From Gnetum montanum (taxonomy: Eukaryota > Plantae > Gnetophyta), in the NCBI GenBank assembly GCA_015680685.1, contig MNCI01000535.1:1-64000 (forward strand): DNA of 64,000 nucleotides, given 5' to 3'. Of this stretch, positions 12,780 through 25,972 are shown one piece after another. Both the position numbers and the translations under genes were made by a program. Numbering within the stretch: the first letter of the stretch is position 1; each line of letters starts with the position of its first letter. Below the pieces are notes generated by a model. It did not search any database. It was not told the DNA's origin and was given only the letters and a program-made list of their open reading frames with translations.

Positions 12780-15700
12780 TTCAATAGTAGGCTTAGCATG
12801 GAAATAGGGACCCTTAAGGAAAATAGATTTTAGGATGCTTAAAGATCAAGAATTAAGGTTCCAAGACCCTCCTAAGGTAGTGTAGAGTCATATCCCTTAA
12901 AATTAAGCACTTTGGAGGTTTGTAAAGGCTAAAAAGCAAGTTTTAAAGTCTTTCCCCATTAGTTTCATGTTGGCTAGCATGGAAAAGAAGGGGTTTAGTA
13001 TGTAGAACCAAAATCAAAGTAAAAATAAGATCAATCATGGTAAAAATGATAGCTGGAGACCATATCTAGAACTTGTGCATCTCTTGGCTTCGTTCCAAGG
13101 CAATTTGAGATCATTTTGAGTGTCAATAGGTGTTGAAATGGCTTCCCCCCTTTTTCCATTATAGGAAGAATATCCTCAACGTGGAAAAATAGGGGGACAC
13201 TTATTTTATGAATTTAGAGTAATTTGAGGGCACTTTCACTAGGTTTCTAGACCCCTAGGGTTGTAGACTTCGATTTTGCAAGTTTCTAGCTGATTTTGAA
13301 CATGTTTAAAAGTTGTTTAAGGGTACTTAAGGGCTTCACTTCATGTTTCCATGTTAGGGGAGTTACTCCAACATGAAAAAATTATGGGAATGGGTTTTGG
13401 AGATTAAAATAAGGTTAGATAAACAAAATATTAAGGCTATGAGATCTTGGGCTTCTTTGGCGTAGATCTTTGGCTTCTAGAAGTGCCATCTTACCTTCAA
13501 AAGTGCTAAAGCAGCTTCCCCCCTTGTTTCCACACTGGAGAAGTTACTCCAACATGGAAGAAGCAAAAATCCTAGATCTAGAGCAATTTAGATCACAATC
13601 AATAATGAATGTTACCTTTTGGTGTTGCCAAGGTCAAGGGCTATGGATCCATGTCAAAATTTAGTAGTTTTTAGCATTCCTAAGTGGTTTTTTTTGGATT
13701 CCCCCTACTTCCATGCTAGGAATGGAGGGATTAGCATGGAAAATAAGGGGGAATGGATTTTTGGCCATATTGGATTAGTTTTATGAAGTTTAAGGGCTCT
13801 AATAGCTACTGCTATAGTTCAATAGTGCATGAAAGGTCATTTAATGTCATTCTGAAGTGTTTAGAAGCCCCAAACAAGTCTTCCCATGAGTCTCCATGTT
13901 GGGGATACCATACTAAATGTGGCAAAATGGATCCCCAATGTGGAAGAATCGTGAAACTTTTATCTAGACCAGTTTTAACCTCAATCAACTATGCATGTCA
14001 GCCTCTAGGTCTACTAGGGTTGATGAGTAGGATTGCGTGTCAAGTTTTGGTAATTTTGAGTATTTATAAGTGTTTTTCAGACTTTCCCATTTTTTCCATG
14101 CTAGGGATGGAGAGATAAATGTGGAAAATTATGGAAAATAAACTTTTGATCTTTTGGCATCAATTTCTTGAAGTTTGAAGGCTCCAAATGATGTCGATAG
14201 GGTCCTAGAGCATATGTAAGTTTAGTTAATGTTGTTTTGAGGTAGTTATGGATTTCAAATGAGTATTCCACTCAATTTCCATGCTGAGTAGAATGGGGGA
14301 GGTATTCCTAGCATGGAGCCACCAAAAAATTTAGATCTTGCCTAGTTTTAACTTCAATCAACCATGCATGTTAGCCTTCCAAGCTGCTGGTGTTGAAGAC
14401 TAGAGTTTGGAGTCAAAACTACAAATTTTATAGGTTTTCAAAGTGGTTTTTGAGCATCCCCATATTTGTCCATGTTGGTGATAGTACACCAAGTGTGGAA
14501 AATTTGGGGAAAATAGATTTTCATACTTTTGCATCATTTTTGATCATGCATATAGGTCCCTAAGGTTGCTAGTGAAAATGGTCAATACTGGGTATTAAAA
14601 TTTTGCTATTTTGAAGGTTGATGAGTGGTTTGTGGGCTTCCCACCCTTTTTCCATTGTAGGCCTTACATGCTTAGCATGGAAAATTGGGGGAAAATCCTT
14701 TTGATCATTTTTGATTACTTTCGGACATTGATGTAGGCTTTAAGGTTGTTAATGTTGACTATTAACATTTGATGTTAAAATTTGGTTATTTTAAGGGTTA
14801 CTATGTAATTTTTGGGCTTCCCCCATTTATCCATCCTAGGGCTTCCATGCTCAGTGTGGAAAATTAGGTGAAAATATTTTTGACCATTTTTTATCAGTTT
14901 TGAGCATGCATTTAGCCTTCTAAGTTTGCTAGCATCAATTGCTAGCATTTGATGTCAAATTTTTGTTAGTTCAAAGGTCACTAGACATTTTTTGGGCTTC
15001 CACCAATTTTTCCATGCTAGGGCTTTTATGATCAACATGGAAAATTTTGGAGAAAGTGTTTTTGACTTTTTATGATCATTCTAGCTATGCATGAGTATCC
15101 ATAGGGTTACTGGTATTGGTCATTAGTGTCTAAGGTTGAGATTTTGTCATTTTGGAGGTTGTGAGGGGGCTTTCAAATTTTCCTCCTTTTTTCCACACTA
15201 AGGGTGGAAGGATTAGTGTGGAAGAGGTATTCCTGAATTAAGAATGTTAGATCTATGCCAAATAGATGGCTGATTTACCATGCATGTTAACCATTTGGGT
15301 TGTCAGTGTCAACAGTTAAGGTTGGGTGCCAAGATTTGATAATTTGAAGACTTCTAAGTACCTCATGAAATATTTACTATTTCTTTAATTTGAGCATGGT
15401 GGCCCCAGTGTGGATGAGAGGGGGATGGTAGTTTTGTGCCATATTTGACCAATTTTGAGGTTTTCAAAATTTCCAAAGGGTTTTGGTAGGGTCTAGGGGT
15501 CACTAGACATTAAGAAATTGTCATTAGCCCATCGATTTAGGTCATTTTTTATTTCCCCCATCTATCCACACTAAGGGTGTGAGGCTCAACATGGAAGAAG
15601 CTTTCCCTAGTGTGGAAAACACCAAATCCTAATTTTTGAATAGTTTTGACTAGGTCTATTGAGATTTCGATGCTACCAAAGATGCTTGGAGGGATTCTAG

Positions 15701-15965
15701 GTCTCGTGGGGCCTACTTTGGGGTCAAACTTTTGTTAGATGAGTGTTGGGAGGTAAGAGTGAGTGTTACCTTCTTAATCCACACTAGGCATTGGTGCCTC
15801 AATGTGGAAATCCATAATGTGTAGCCTTGCTCATGTCTTACCAACTTTTAGAGACCTGGGGTTGAAAAATGCAGGTTTGGGTTACCAAAAATAGAAAAAT
15901 ATTCGTAATTTTAATGAATTTAGTCATGTTTCCATATTGGGTATGGTATTTTTAGTGTGGATGCA
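12780..15965. repeat. Degenerate ~180-bp tandem array carrying TCCAYRCTAG...YARYRTGGAA inverted motifs
   Basis: Homologous units start at ~14460, 14640, 14820, 15000 and 15181, with looser copies on either side. Confidence 0.8.
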
Positions 15966-16043
15966 TGGGGTTAAGGTTTCCATAATGTTTTAAGTGTGAA
16001 AATTGGTAAGAATCTCAATGTTGATGCAAGTTTTGGTCAAGAG

Positions 16044-17369
16044 TGAAACACCCCAAAATTTGAAGACATTCTTGCTTCACCAGGTCTTTGCAATTCGTGT
16101 AGCGTTACGAAAGTTCTTTAGGAGATGGATGCTCTGATTTTTAGACTATCCACTTCGGCAAGTTTTCTAAGTAAAGGAGTCTTGCTATGCTATGCTATGC
16201 CATGTAGCGTAGCAAACTTCAGAAGACATTCGCAGAAGCATAGTGCTACGCTACGCTACGCAACGTAGCACAACATAGCAAAAGCCGGATGACCAATTCG
16301 TTCACTCGACTTCAAGTCCTTCAGCAATGTCTCCTTCTGTCAGAAAGCGGAAAACTTGGCTGAAAATAGGTCATGTTTTCTGCTCGCTACGCTTAGCTAC
16401 ATGGCACAACGAGGTGTAGTAATTCTGCGAAAATGACAGAAGGCAACTCAAAGGGTGACGTTTTTGCGACTAAGAACAACCGCTACGCTATGATACGCTA
16501 TGTAGCGTAGCATAGCGTAGAAAATCTATGACCAGCAGTCACAACACTATGAAGGTTCCCAACACATGCAGCGGGACACAGCATAGATTTTTTGCTTCAA
16601 ACTAACTGTTACGCTATGCTACGCTGGGTAGCGTAGCACAACGTGACAAGATGCTGCGCTACGCCAAGTGCTACGCTACAAAGCATGGCAAGACGTAGTG
16701 AATAGTTACGCAACATTAATGCACCTCACCTTATTGCACCATTGCTCTAAAAACATAATTATGACACTGCAGGTTTGTAATTACGACGTGGCAGGCTCGC
16801 CCAATGGTCATGCAGGCACGTGCAGCATAGACAAGTCAGCATAATCCGAGGGCACATGGTGTTCAAACTACATCTTTCGTGCATCCTTGGTCTTATAAAT
16901 ACCCTAATGAGTGATGCTCGAGTGACTTTTGGCACTTTTTGCATCCCCCTTTTTTAAAACTTTCAGTCCCCTAAGTCCCTACCTTTCTGAGTAATCTGGT
17001 CAGCTAACAGTCTGGTTGGCTGACAAGAAAAAAGGTTGGCATTGTAACCCTGGGCATTTTAAGCTTTCTATTTGACATCATAAATAGTTAGCACTTTCAG
17101 TTGGCATTTTGTTCTACTCCTTTCTACCACCTTGGTAGCACTTCACATTGTTAACAACTGAGCCCACGTCCAAGCACATAATCTCCTTTCTTTACACATC
17201 TTGGTTACTCTCGGGATCTCTGCACTTCTCAACGCTATGCAACTGATTGTATCCATCTTGACAGAGCGAGGTCATAGCTTCAAAGCGGTGTACTTTTCTA
17301 ACTGTATTTTACATTATCTCCTATTTACTATTGCATTTTACACTATTTCCCATCTCTTTTACATTTAAG
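16044..17369 (+). repeat. 5' LTR of A (runs into the gap; projected end ~17580)
   Basis: TG start, TATAAATA at 16894-16901, long direct match to 45606-46720. Confidence 0.92.
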
Positions 17370-17893
17370 NNNNNNNNNNNNNNNNNNNNNNNNNNNNNNN
17401 NNNNNNNNNNNNNNNNNNNNNNNNNNNNNNNNNNNNNNNNNNNNNNNNNNNNNNNNNNNNNNNNNNNNNNNNNNNNNNNNNNNNNNNNNNNNNNNNNNNN
17501 NNNNNNNNNNNNNNNNNNNNNNNNNNNNNNNNNNNNNNNNNNNNNNNNNNNNNNNNNNNNNNNNNNNNNNNNNNNNNNNNNNNNNNNNNNNNNNNNNNNN
17601 NNNNNNNNNNNNNNNNNNNNNNNNNNNNNNNNNNNNNNNNNNNNNNNNNNNNNNNNNNNNNNNNNNNNNNNNNNNNNNNNNNNNNNNNNNNNNNNNNNNN
17701 NNNNNNNNNNNNNNNNNNNNNNNNNNNNNNNNNNNNNNNNNNNNNNNNNNNNNNNNNNNNNNNNNNNNNNNNNNNNNNNNNNNNNNNNNNNNNNNNNNNN
17801 NNNNNNNNNNNNNNNNNNNNNNNNNNNNNNNNNNNNNNNNNNNNNNNNNNNNNNNNNNNNNNNNNNNNNNNNNNNNNNNNNNNNNNNNNNNNN
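17370..17893. other. Assembly gap (N run) hiding A's LTR end and PBS
   Basis: N characters. Confidence 1.
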
Positions 17894-18143
17894 TTTTTCT
17901 TATGGTAGTCTTGCATGCGTTCTGTACCCTATCATGCACCGGTGTAAACGTGACACCCTTTTGCAGTTGTTTATGCATCGTGTGGTACAGAATGGTCATC
18001 TCGATGATTCCTCGGGAGCCCAGCAAGACATAAGGCCTTCCTTTTTGGTTGCTTGCCAACTTATTTGCTCTTCTCGGTTGGAAAGACTGCTTAGCTTTCT
18101 AATTTCCTTGCTTTTCACATTTGCAAAACTACCTAGCTTAGTA

Positions 18144-21100
18144 ATGATGAATTTTGAAACTACTGCTCCTAATGCCCTCAATGTTGAGGTTCCCATAATG
18201 GTTCAAGGCATCACTGGTGCCGAACAACTGTTGAACCCGATGCTGGAAACACGTCGATCCCTCAGGATCCAAAACTGAGGACTTGAGGGCTTGGCCTAGC
18301 AACATGAGCGCTATAACTTCCTCTGTGCAAAGGTTTAGGCAAACCTGCCTTTAGATGTACATGAACTCAAGGGAAAACGTAGCTTTGAGTTTGCTTACTG
18401 CAACAAGAAGGAGTTTCTTCCCACTCCCAATGCTTCCGTACCTTTGACACAGGCAAACCAAAGGCTGCTAGACCAGCTAATCCAGTTGGCTAGGCTTAGG
18501 GGGTAACAGGATACTACGTCTAATCAATATGATGCTTTCGAAGATGCACAAGAGGAACTCGATTCCCAATTTGATGAGGGAGGTCCAACCAACCCCATTC
18601 CTGTCCCTCCTACCCAATCCTTCTGGGCCAATCCACTGTCTGTCACTTCTCTCTTTGTCATCACGCCTACACTCCTGTAGCCTGCAACTACAGTAGGAAT
18701 GGGTAGCCATGTCACCTTTCTGGTGTATCAATGCCCTTATTCTCTTGCTTCATTTGCAGCAACTATGCCTGTGCAAACTATTTATCAATCCATTCCTGTA
18801 GCGCATCACACACCAATCACAGCTACCCTGCTGCATGTTCACACGATACCTTCTTCGCAATCTTACGCAACTTCCATTTCAATTCCTATGCTCACATCTA
18901 TTCCAACCATAGCGGTTGGCACAGGCCCGTCCACATGATGGACCCTATTCACTTCACCTATTCCACAACCATCCCAGATGTCTCATTATGTTTTCCCTCA
19001 TACCTACCAAACCTCGCAAATGGTACAACCCAACCCGGGGCTATGGTCTGTTCCACCGATGGCACAAGCTGTCCATCTAGTGGCTCAAACTACGGTTGCT
19101 GCTCCAACAACACCACTTGCCAAGTGGATAGTGCAAACAACACTGTTCGCAGGGGCTATCCCAATGGTACCACCAATGGGTCACACCACCACTCCTACCA
19201 TTCCATAGATGGGAGTTGCCTCAGTAGCTCCTCAACCGTCTACAGCATTGCAAGGTCTACCCTCATCGAGGAAATAAAACACCTCAAAGCTATTGGGTCT
19301 AACATAGTACAAGTCATGGACTTTTACTAGGACGACCCCATCAGCCTTGTAATCCCTACTCTAACATTACCCCTAGGGATGTCTCCCCCACACTTCACAA
19401 AGTACAATGGGGAGGGAGATCCCAACATGCTTCTTGTTATCTTTAGGTCTAAATCTCTCATGTTGCAACAATGGCCGCACATTATCATTCGTGTCTTTAC
19501 TATATCCCTTGCAGGGAAAGCTTTAGATTAGTATCGTATACTACCATGCTCATCCATTTCAACTCTAGAAGATCTTCTGACCTAGTTCATGACACACTTC
19601 AAGTATAACTTGAAGCCGGAAACCATGCTGTACTAGTTGATTAGTGTGAAGTAGGAGCCTCTGGAACTAGTCCAGAAGTTCATCCAGCATTGGAGTGCAA
19701 CCCTTAAAGGAATCCGCAAGCCCATCGCGAAGGCCCACTTGGCGGCCATCTTTAAGGGTGCAGTGAATGACTTTATCAAGTCTAAACTGTACTACCTCAC
19801 CTAGCGCACTCTTAGTCAAGTCTTCACTTAGAATAAGAGCATACAAGAAGCGGCCGAGGTAAACAAAGACCCTGCCTACATCGTGTACAAAAACACCTTC
19901 ACAAAGAAGGACAAGGGTAAGGCCCTAACAACCACAGTGGCCGCTATGGTGACTAAGGCCAAGTCCAGACGTAGTAACAAAGGTAACAAAAATAATAGAA
20001 AATCGATTGTACCCACAGCTAACCCCATGCCCAAGCAAGGCATTACGTCGCAACCTCCAATACCCATACCTAAGACATCTGCACAACCAAAACCAAACTT
20101 TGAGGGTAAAGATCCCTCAAAGTACACCCCACTGCCTCTCAAACCTTCAGAACTTCTAAAGCAGCTATTGGTAGCAGGGCACATGCAATATAAGAAAATG
20201 TCACAAGAAGCAATTAGTAGACATCAATGCTACTGTGAGCTCCTTAGGAACCCCTCTTTGGCCATGCCCAATGAGCCCCCAGTTCCTAAGGGTTTAAGGA
20301 TGGACAGGTTTTTTGATTATCACCAACAGTGTGGTCACAACATAGATTACTGTCTCGCATTGTAGGATGACATCCAAAGGTTGATAGATCAAGGAAAATT
20401 GGTGTTGAATGAAAGCAACCCAGTGTGCCCTGAGAACCAATCTATGCATGTCTACACAGATCCCCTCAATGCCAACAATGTCTATTACGTCATCAAGTCC
20501 ATTAGCATTGATAGTGATCCTAGGCCTCCCTAGTGATCATTCGTGGTCTGTGTGCCTTAGCATAGTGCACCAGCACCACTAGCGGCTGATCGAAGTTTGC
20601 AACAACCGTTCTTCCTGAGAGTCCCTCCACGGGCATCCATCTCCACGTCCCCTGTTAGCGAAACCAAGCTACTTCACCCGCTAACACTATTAGCTCTTTT
20701 TGTCATTAGGGAGCCAAATCTTTCGATAGCCCCCACCCCGCATAAGACAGCTGAACAACCTTATCATCCTAAAAAATGGAAAGTGTGTTTCGCTGGTGAG
20801 ACATTGAGAGGAAGTACCATCCCTGGTATTTCCAAGCCTATGTCTCCACCCCCTGTGTCTACGCCCTCATCACCAAAGACAAACGTTGCTCCAACTGCAT
20901 AGTCTGCATCGCCTTGCCAGAAAGGGTCTAAACCTAGATCCGAAGTTGCCCCTCCTCGGGAAATTCGTCTTCTAGGGCGAATCAAAGAGGAGGAAAGCAC
21001 TAGACAGGAGAGTGGCCAAGACCTTTTGGATGCCTTCACCTTGTTCAAACAAGCTCTAAAACAAAAAAACACTACACTGAGCTTGTACAACCTATCATGA

Positions 21101-21906
21101 TGTCTGTATCACACCACGAGGCTCTAATCTGCATGTTGACAGCGGTTCTGATCAACGAAGACATGCCAGCAGAAGAGGAAGCGATCCATTCAATCATGCT
21201 TTCCCCTGCACCTATAGAGCCTAAGCCATCCCTATTGACTTTCAGCGACGACTCCATTAGGGAAGATCCCGAGAGGGGTCAGGTGAGTACGACACCTCTT
21301 TTCATCACAATTCAGTTCGGCCAACACCAGATCCAATGGGTACATGTTGATGATGGGGCAGCCACGAACATTATCCCCTTTCCTATTATGGACAAGTTGG
21401 GCTTGGTCAACCAGATCAAACCCACAATGACATCATGCCTGAGGTCGTTCAACGGGGCACATGTCCTGGTGAAAGGCACAGTCCACATGGACTTTATAGT
21501 AGAGGACCAGTTCCCCACAAATGCAACATTCATCATGGTCGAGGAAGTGCCCGAGTTTAACCTAATATTGGGGAGATCATGGTTAGCACAACTTAGGACT
21601 ATCTCCTCACCTATACACTAGGAAATCCACCTACCATATGTAGGCAGGGAGGTGGTGATCCATGGTGACGAAGTAGTAATGCAAGAAATCAGTAACGTAG
21701 ACATCGAGCTGGGCTCAGAGGTTGTAACCTCTGAGAACGAAGTGCCTGCTTACACTTGCATTGAACATCTAGCGGGAGAATTAGCTCAGCAAGCCAGTCT
21801 CCATGATGAAAGTGCACGGGTTGAGTTGCCCTTCCAACCGAGGGATAATGATGTGGATGAGGGCCCTGGCAAAGCACCTTGGTCTTACGTTCCGATCAAC
21901 CCATGA
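18144..21906 (+). pseudogene. gag: A gag-protease
   Basis: Pro-rich N-terminus; FTKYNGEGDP capsid-like region (~19390); degenerate Cx2Hx4Hx4C knuckle (FFDYHQQCGHNIDYC); aspartic protease WVHVDDGAATNII...NLILGRSWL (21097-21621); many CAG>TAG stops. Confidence 0.9.
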
Positions 21907-22014
21907 TGGGTCAAGAAGTAGCTATACATAGCATAGCAACCCCGCTGCTTCCTACCCAGTTACCATCCCTTGCACATTCACAACCTTTTTCTTTGTTAAC
22001 ATACCATCCTTTTG

Positions 22015-22260
22015 GCATGCTACGCTATGGCCCGAAATGGCCTAAAACTATGCTACACTATGGCCCGAAATATCCTAAAAGTAGCAGAGGCCCGAAATGG
22101 CCTAAAACTAACATAAGTTACCAATTAGCCGTTGTTCAAGTTGTTAATGTATCATTTCTTTGGCATGTTACGCAAATGGCCCAAAATGGTGTAAAACTAG
22201 TAATGGCCCGAAACGACCTAAAACTAGCAGTGGCCCTAAATGGCCTAAAACTAGCACATG
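22015..22260. repeat. Short ~22-30-bp tandem repeats (TGGCCCGAAATGGCCTAAAACTAGCA) after the protease
   Basis: At least 6 imperfect copies. Confidence 0.8.
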
Positions 22261-22433
22261 AAAGCATGAACATTTTATACAAAACACAGCATGTATGAAA
22301 TGCACAAGTTACCATAGAATCAATTTCTATTTCACAAAATCCTCTTTGCTTTATTCAAAACTGTTGTCTTTTAAACAATGTTTGTAAAAATTATTACACA
22401 AAAATTCAAAATTCCAAAAAAAATCCCATGCTG

Positions 22434-25400
22434 TCATGGGTCATTTCTATTTGCATCATCTTCACCTTTCATTCCTACATCATTTCCTTTTGCATCACCT
22501 TCCCTTGCGTTGCCCTCTGCCGATTCTTCATTCTCTTCTTCTACGGGCCCTGCACCCTCATCTGGAGCCTACATCGTAGGAGTGAAGTGGTCAGCTAGGG
22601 CAAAAAACGCAAATTACAATAGAGCATAAGCACTAATACAGTAGAAAGTGACTAACCTGAGAAGGGCCTGCATCCATCTCAAAGGGTATCTGGTCTAGAC
22701 TGAGCCCGAGGTGAAGCTAGACCTCCTTTGCGATGATGTCCATCAAATGCCTATTTCTTGGTTCAGCGTCCGCAACAGCTCTTTCCCTTTCGACGGTTGT
22801 CCATCTTGGTGGTCCTAGAGAAAAGGAGATGGTTGTGGTCTCTCCTGTGGGAAGGTCCACTTTCAGGTTAGGAGATTCCATAACCTTTACCTACTCTTTG
22901 AACTTGGTCTAGTCTTTAGAAGCCTCAATGACATTTACGAATGCTTTATATGTAAATGCCTCCACAGCAGCGTCCTTGTACAGTCTACAATGGGTGGCAT
23001 TTTCCAATTTATACATGTGCTTGTGGTTTCTCTGGGACTACCCCCATTCGTAAACCTTGGCACTAATGTCTTTCAAATCTTGACACTTCTTGGCTAGCAA
23101 GTCCATCTGCATTCGTTGTTCTATTATTTCGTGGGTGGCTTCAACATTCTAACGTGTGACTGTTCAAAACCTAGCATAGTGTATTACAGCCATGTGCCAG
23201 TCCTCATTATTGATGTCATGGGCTATGAGGAACTCATTGCTAAACTTGAGATCTTTCACCTCGGTGCTTAGGTCAGCCTCCCTTTGCTCAGCTTTTTGGA
23301 CCTATTTCTATAGGTCCTCATTGACATGTTTATATTCCCACAAGGAGCGTGTTGAGTGCAAAACGCATTTGCAAGCCTCGTTGTACATGCAACGAGACAC
23401 CTCGGTCACTTCAAGCGGGAATGTAGGCACGACACTGATTTTCAAAGGCCATGCTGGGTCCCATTTGAGCCGAGAGGCTGCTATGACACAAATAGCATAT
23501 CAATCACATTAGCATAGAAAACTCAAGAAATTCTAGTATAGCAACATGAGAGCACCTAACATTACTACTTACCTGCATCAAGGTCCACCTATTGAAGGCG
23601 GTTGATCTTGTCATTAATGATTCCCTGCATGAACGTAAACTTGTTAGGGATCTTAGCCCACAATTCCACACGAATTAGAGAGGGTCCTACAACATCAACA
23701 ATAGCACCTGTTGCATAACTAAACATGTCAGCAATGGCTGAAATGGACTATGAAAATGTAGAAACATTGCCAAACTCACTAGCATCTAATGGTGGTCTCC
23801 CTTCTTGCTGATGCAAGATGATGGCGGTAGCCTTGGCAGAAGTCCTTGCCAAGTTTGTACAAGCCTATTTTTCATGCGTTGGCGCATTTCCTTTTAGGAG
23901 ACTAGCATCTTTTTTATTCAAGGGAGATTCCTCTTCGTTAGTAGGAGGATTCCCCCTAATGAGAAGAGCCCCTGCCTTAGAGACAGGAGCTCCTTTCTTC
24001 TTGACTAGGGCCCTTTCTTCCAAGATTGGGGCCTCCATGTCTTTATTCGTTGCCCCCATCTTAGGGGCCGACACCTCTTCATCGCCTTCTTCTTCTTCTT
24101 CTTCTTCCTTTGCCAATCAAAGGAACATGTTTGCATCAGTCGGAAACAAGTTAGCTTAAAGCGGGTACTACATTATGCTACACCGCCTAGCGTAGCATAG
24201 CGTAGCAAACAACAACAAAATAAGCATTAAAAAAAGTGTTTACCAATGGGGGGTTGTGTACTTTGTAGTTTAAGCCACATACTGCACCCCTCCTCTTCCT
24301 CCATGAAAAGGCTTTCCTTAGCTAGAGGAGGCCTTTTCTGCTACAACTCTTTGGGCACAGTCTCTCTGCTATGAGACGTTCCCCCCGTGACACACTACTA
24401 GCTATAGCAGAGGGAGTCTCTCCTATGCTATCCTGGCCACGAACGTTGTGGGCCACCTGATCCTTAGTTTTCATAGAGAATGACTCTCCAATTATTTTTG
24501 GGGGATTTTGGGCTCGGATGGTCTAGAGGATCTAGCGAATCCATGGTATAGAAATCTGGTCGTAATTTCGCATGACCCAGGCTCCATTCTCCTGAACCAC
24601 TAGAAACTCTGCGAGGCACTTCAGATAGCCTATGTAGAAGGCATAATGTCTGTTGGAACGGGACTCCAATTTCTGATGGAGTCCCAAGATTTTGGCCTAC
24701 AAACCTTTACATAGAAATCTGGCTCAGTTGTAATGGGCCCCCTCTTCCATGACCTCATGCATTATCCAGGCCTGCTCAATCCCCAGGACCTTCCCTTGGA
24801 TAAGTAGCAGGGGGAATGCATGAGTACGGAAGATAGGGTAAATCTCCTTAGTGAGCCCGTTTTTGAGCTTCTCCATACGGAGCCCCTTTTACTCCTTGGC
24901 AATCCCCAACCACTCCTGAATATCCTTCTTTTGAAGGATCAGCTCCTTTTCCTTCGACCCTATAAGGATGCCTTCGGCAGGAACACTGAATAGGTCTGCA
25001 AACAACTGGTCATTGTTTTCAATGACCACCCGCATGTCCCGTATTTGCGTGCGGAAGTGGCCCACCTTGTCAAAAAAGGAGTTGACTAGGGAGAGCATAT
25101 CGGAGACAGGAACGCTTGGATTCAGGGCCAGGAATAGATCAATAAGTCCAACCTTTTCAAGGTTCTGGACCAAGGAGTCTGAAGCTGCATCGTTTATCCA
25201 GTGTTGGCTTGCTTCTACTTCATCATATTTGAAGTAGATGTTTGCCCCTTGTGTCTCAATGGTTACCACCATCACCTCCTGGGGCTTCTTTGTCCCTGCA
25301 ACAATTTTTACAAAAAACATTTAACGTGAAAACGTAGAAAGTACAAAGATTGCAAACACACTTAAGTATGCGATGCTTACTGTTTGGCCTACCGGGCCTA

Positions 25401-25810
25401 TATAGTAACAGGAATGATGAAAGTTTAACTAGAACTTGTTCAACCATGACCGGTTTGAAGGGTTCTGCCCACTCCTCATCCAGCTAATCCTACCCCTTGC
25501 ACTGATCATAGGGAATAGAATATGCATCCACCATGGCCTAAACAGAAACAACATCGATGCAAAGGCCAAAACAACGCAATGATAAAAAATGCAAATGACT
25601 AAGACCAGGATACAAAACTAAAGTAGAAAACAAAAGCAAAAAATGATAACAGAATTGCAAAAAAAAAAGCAGAGGAAGCGTAGTAGCCTATCGGACTAAT
25701 GGCATGTCCTTCTGCGCAGTGACACGTGCTTGTGTCACGTGCCCTAAGGTTTTCTTCACCTCCTCGACTGTTGCAAGTGCCAAATTTGTGCGTTCCCTCT
25801 TTGGAGCCAT
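22434..25810 (-). pseudogene. A antisense multi-exon accessory gene (plant-transposon/PMD-like domain plus coiled coil; lacks the NIF exon)
   Basis: ATG GCT CCA AAG at 25810; exons match B 34714-38969 (GLIDLFLALN..., YNxARFLCKGL); conserved GT-AG junctions, e.g. GATGCAG|GTAAGT and TCTCAG|GTTAGT; stop at 22434-22436. Confidence 0.8.
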
Positions 25811-25962
25811 CACCCTGCTTGCAGACTTTTTCCTTGTCCCTATGCAGAAAACTTCCTTACTCTCTATTAACACGAACTGCTCTGCACTCTGTAATTTCTT
25901 TGTGCTCCAAACTAGGCTCTATGCTCTTACTATGAGAATGACAAGTTTACTGGGGCTTAATC

Positions 25963-25972
25963 CCTATTTATG
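25963..25972 (-). promoter_or_regulatory. Putative TATA-like box of A's antisense gene
   Basis: CATAAATAGG ~150 bp upstream of the ATG; same motif and spacing in B. Confidence 0.5.

Noticed and set aside
17331-18278. Long ORFs spanning 17331-18278 and 38839-39907
   Set aside because: Artefacts of N runs translated as X
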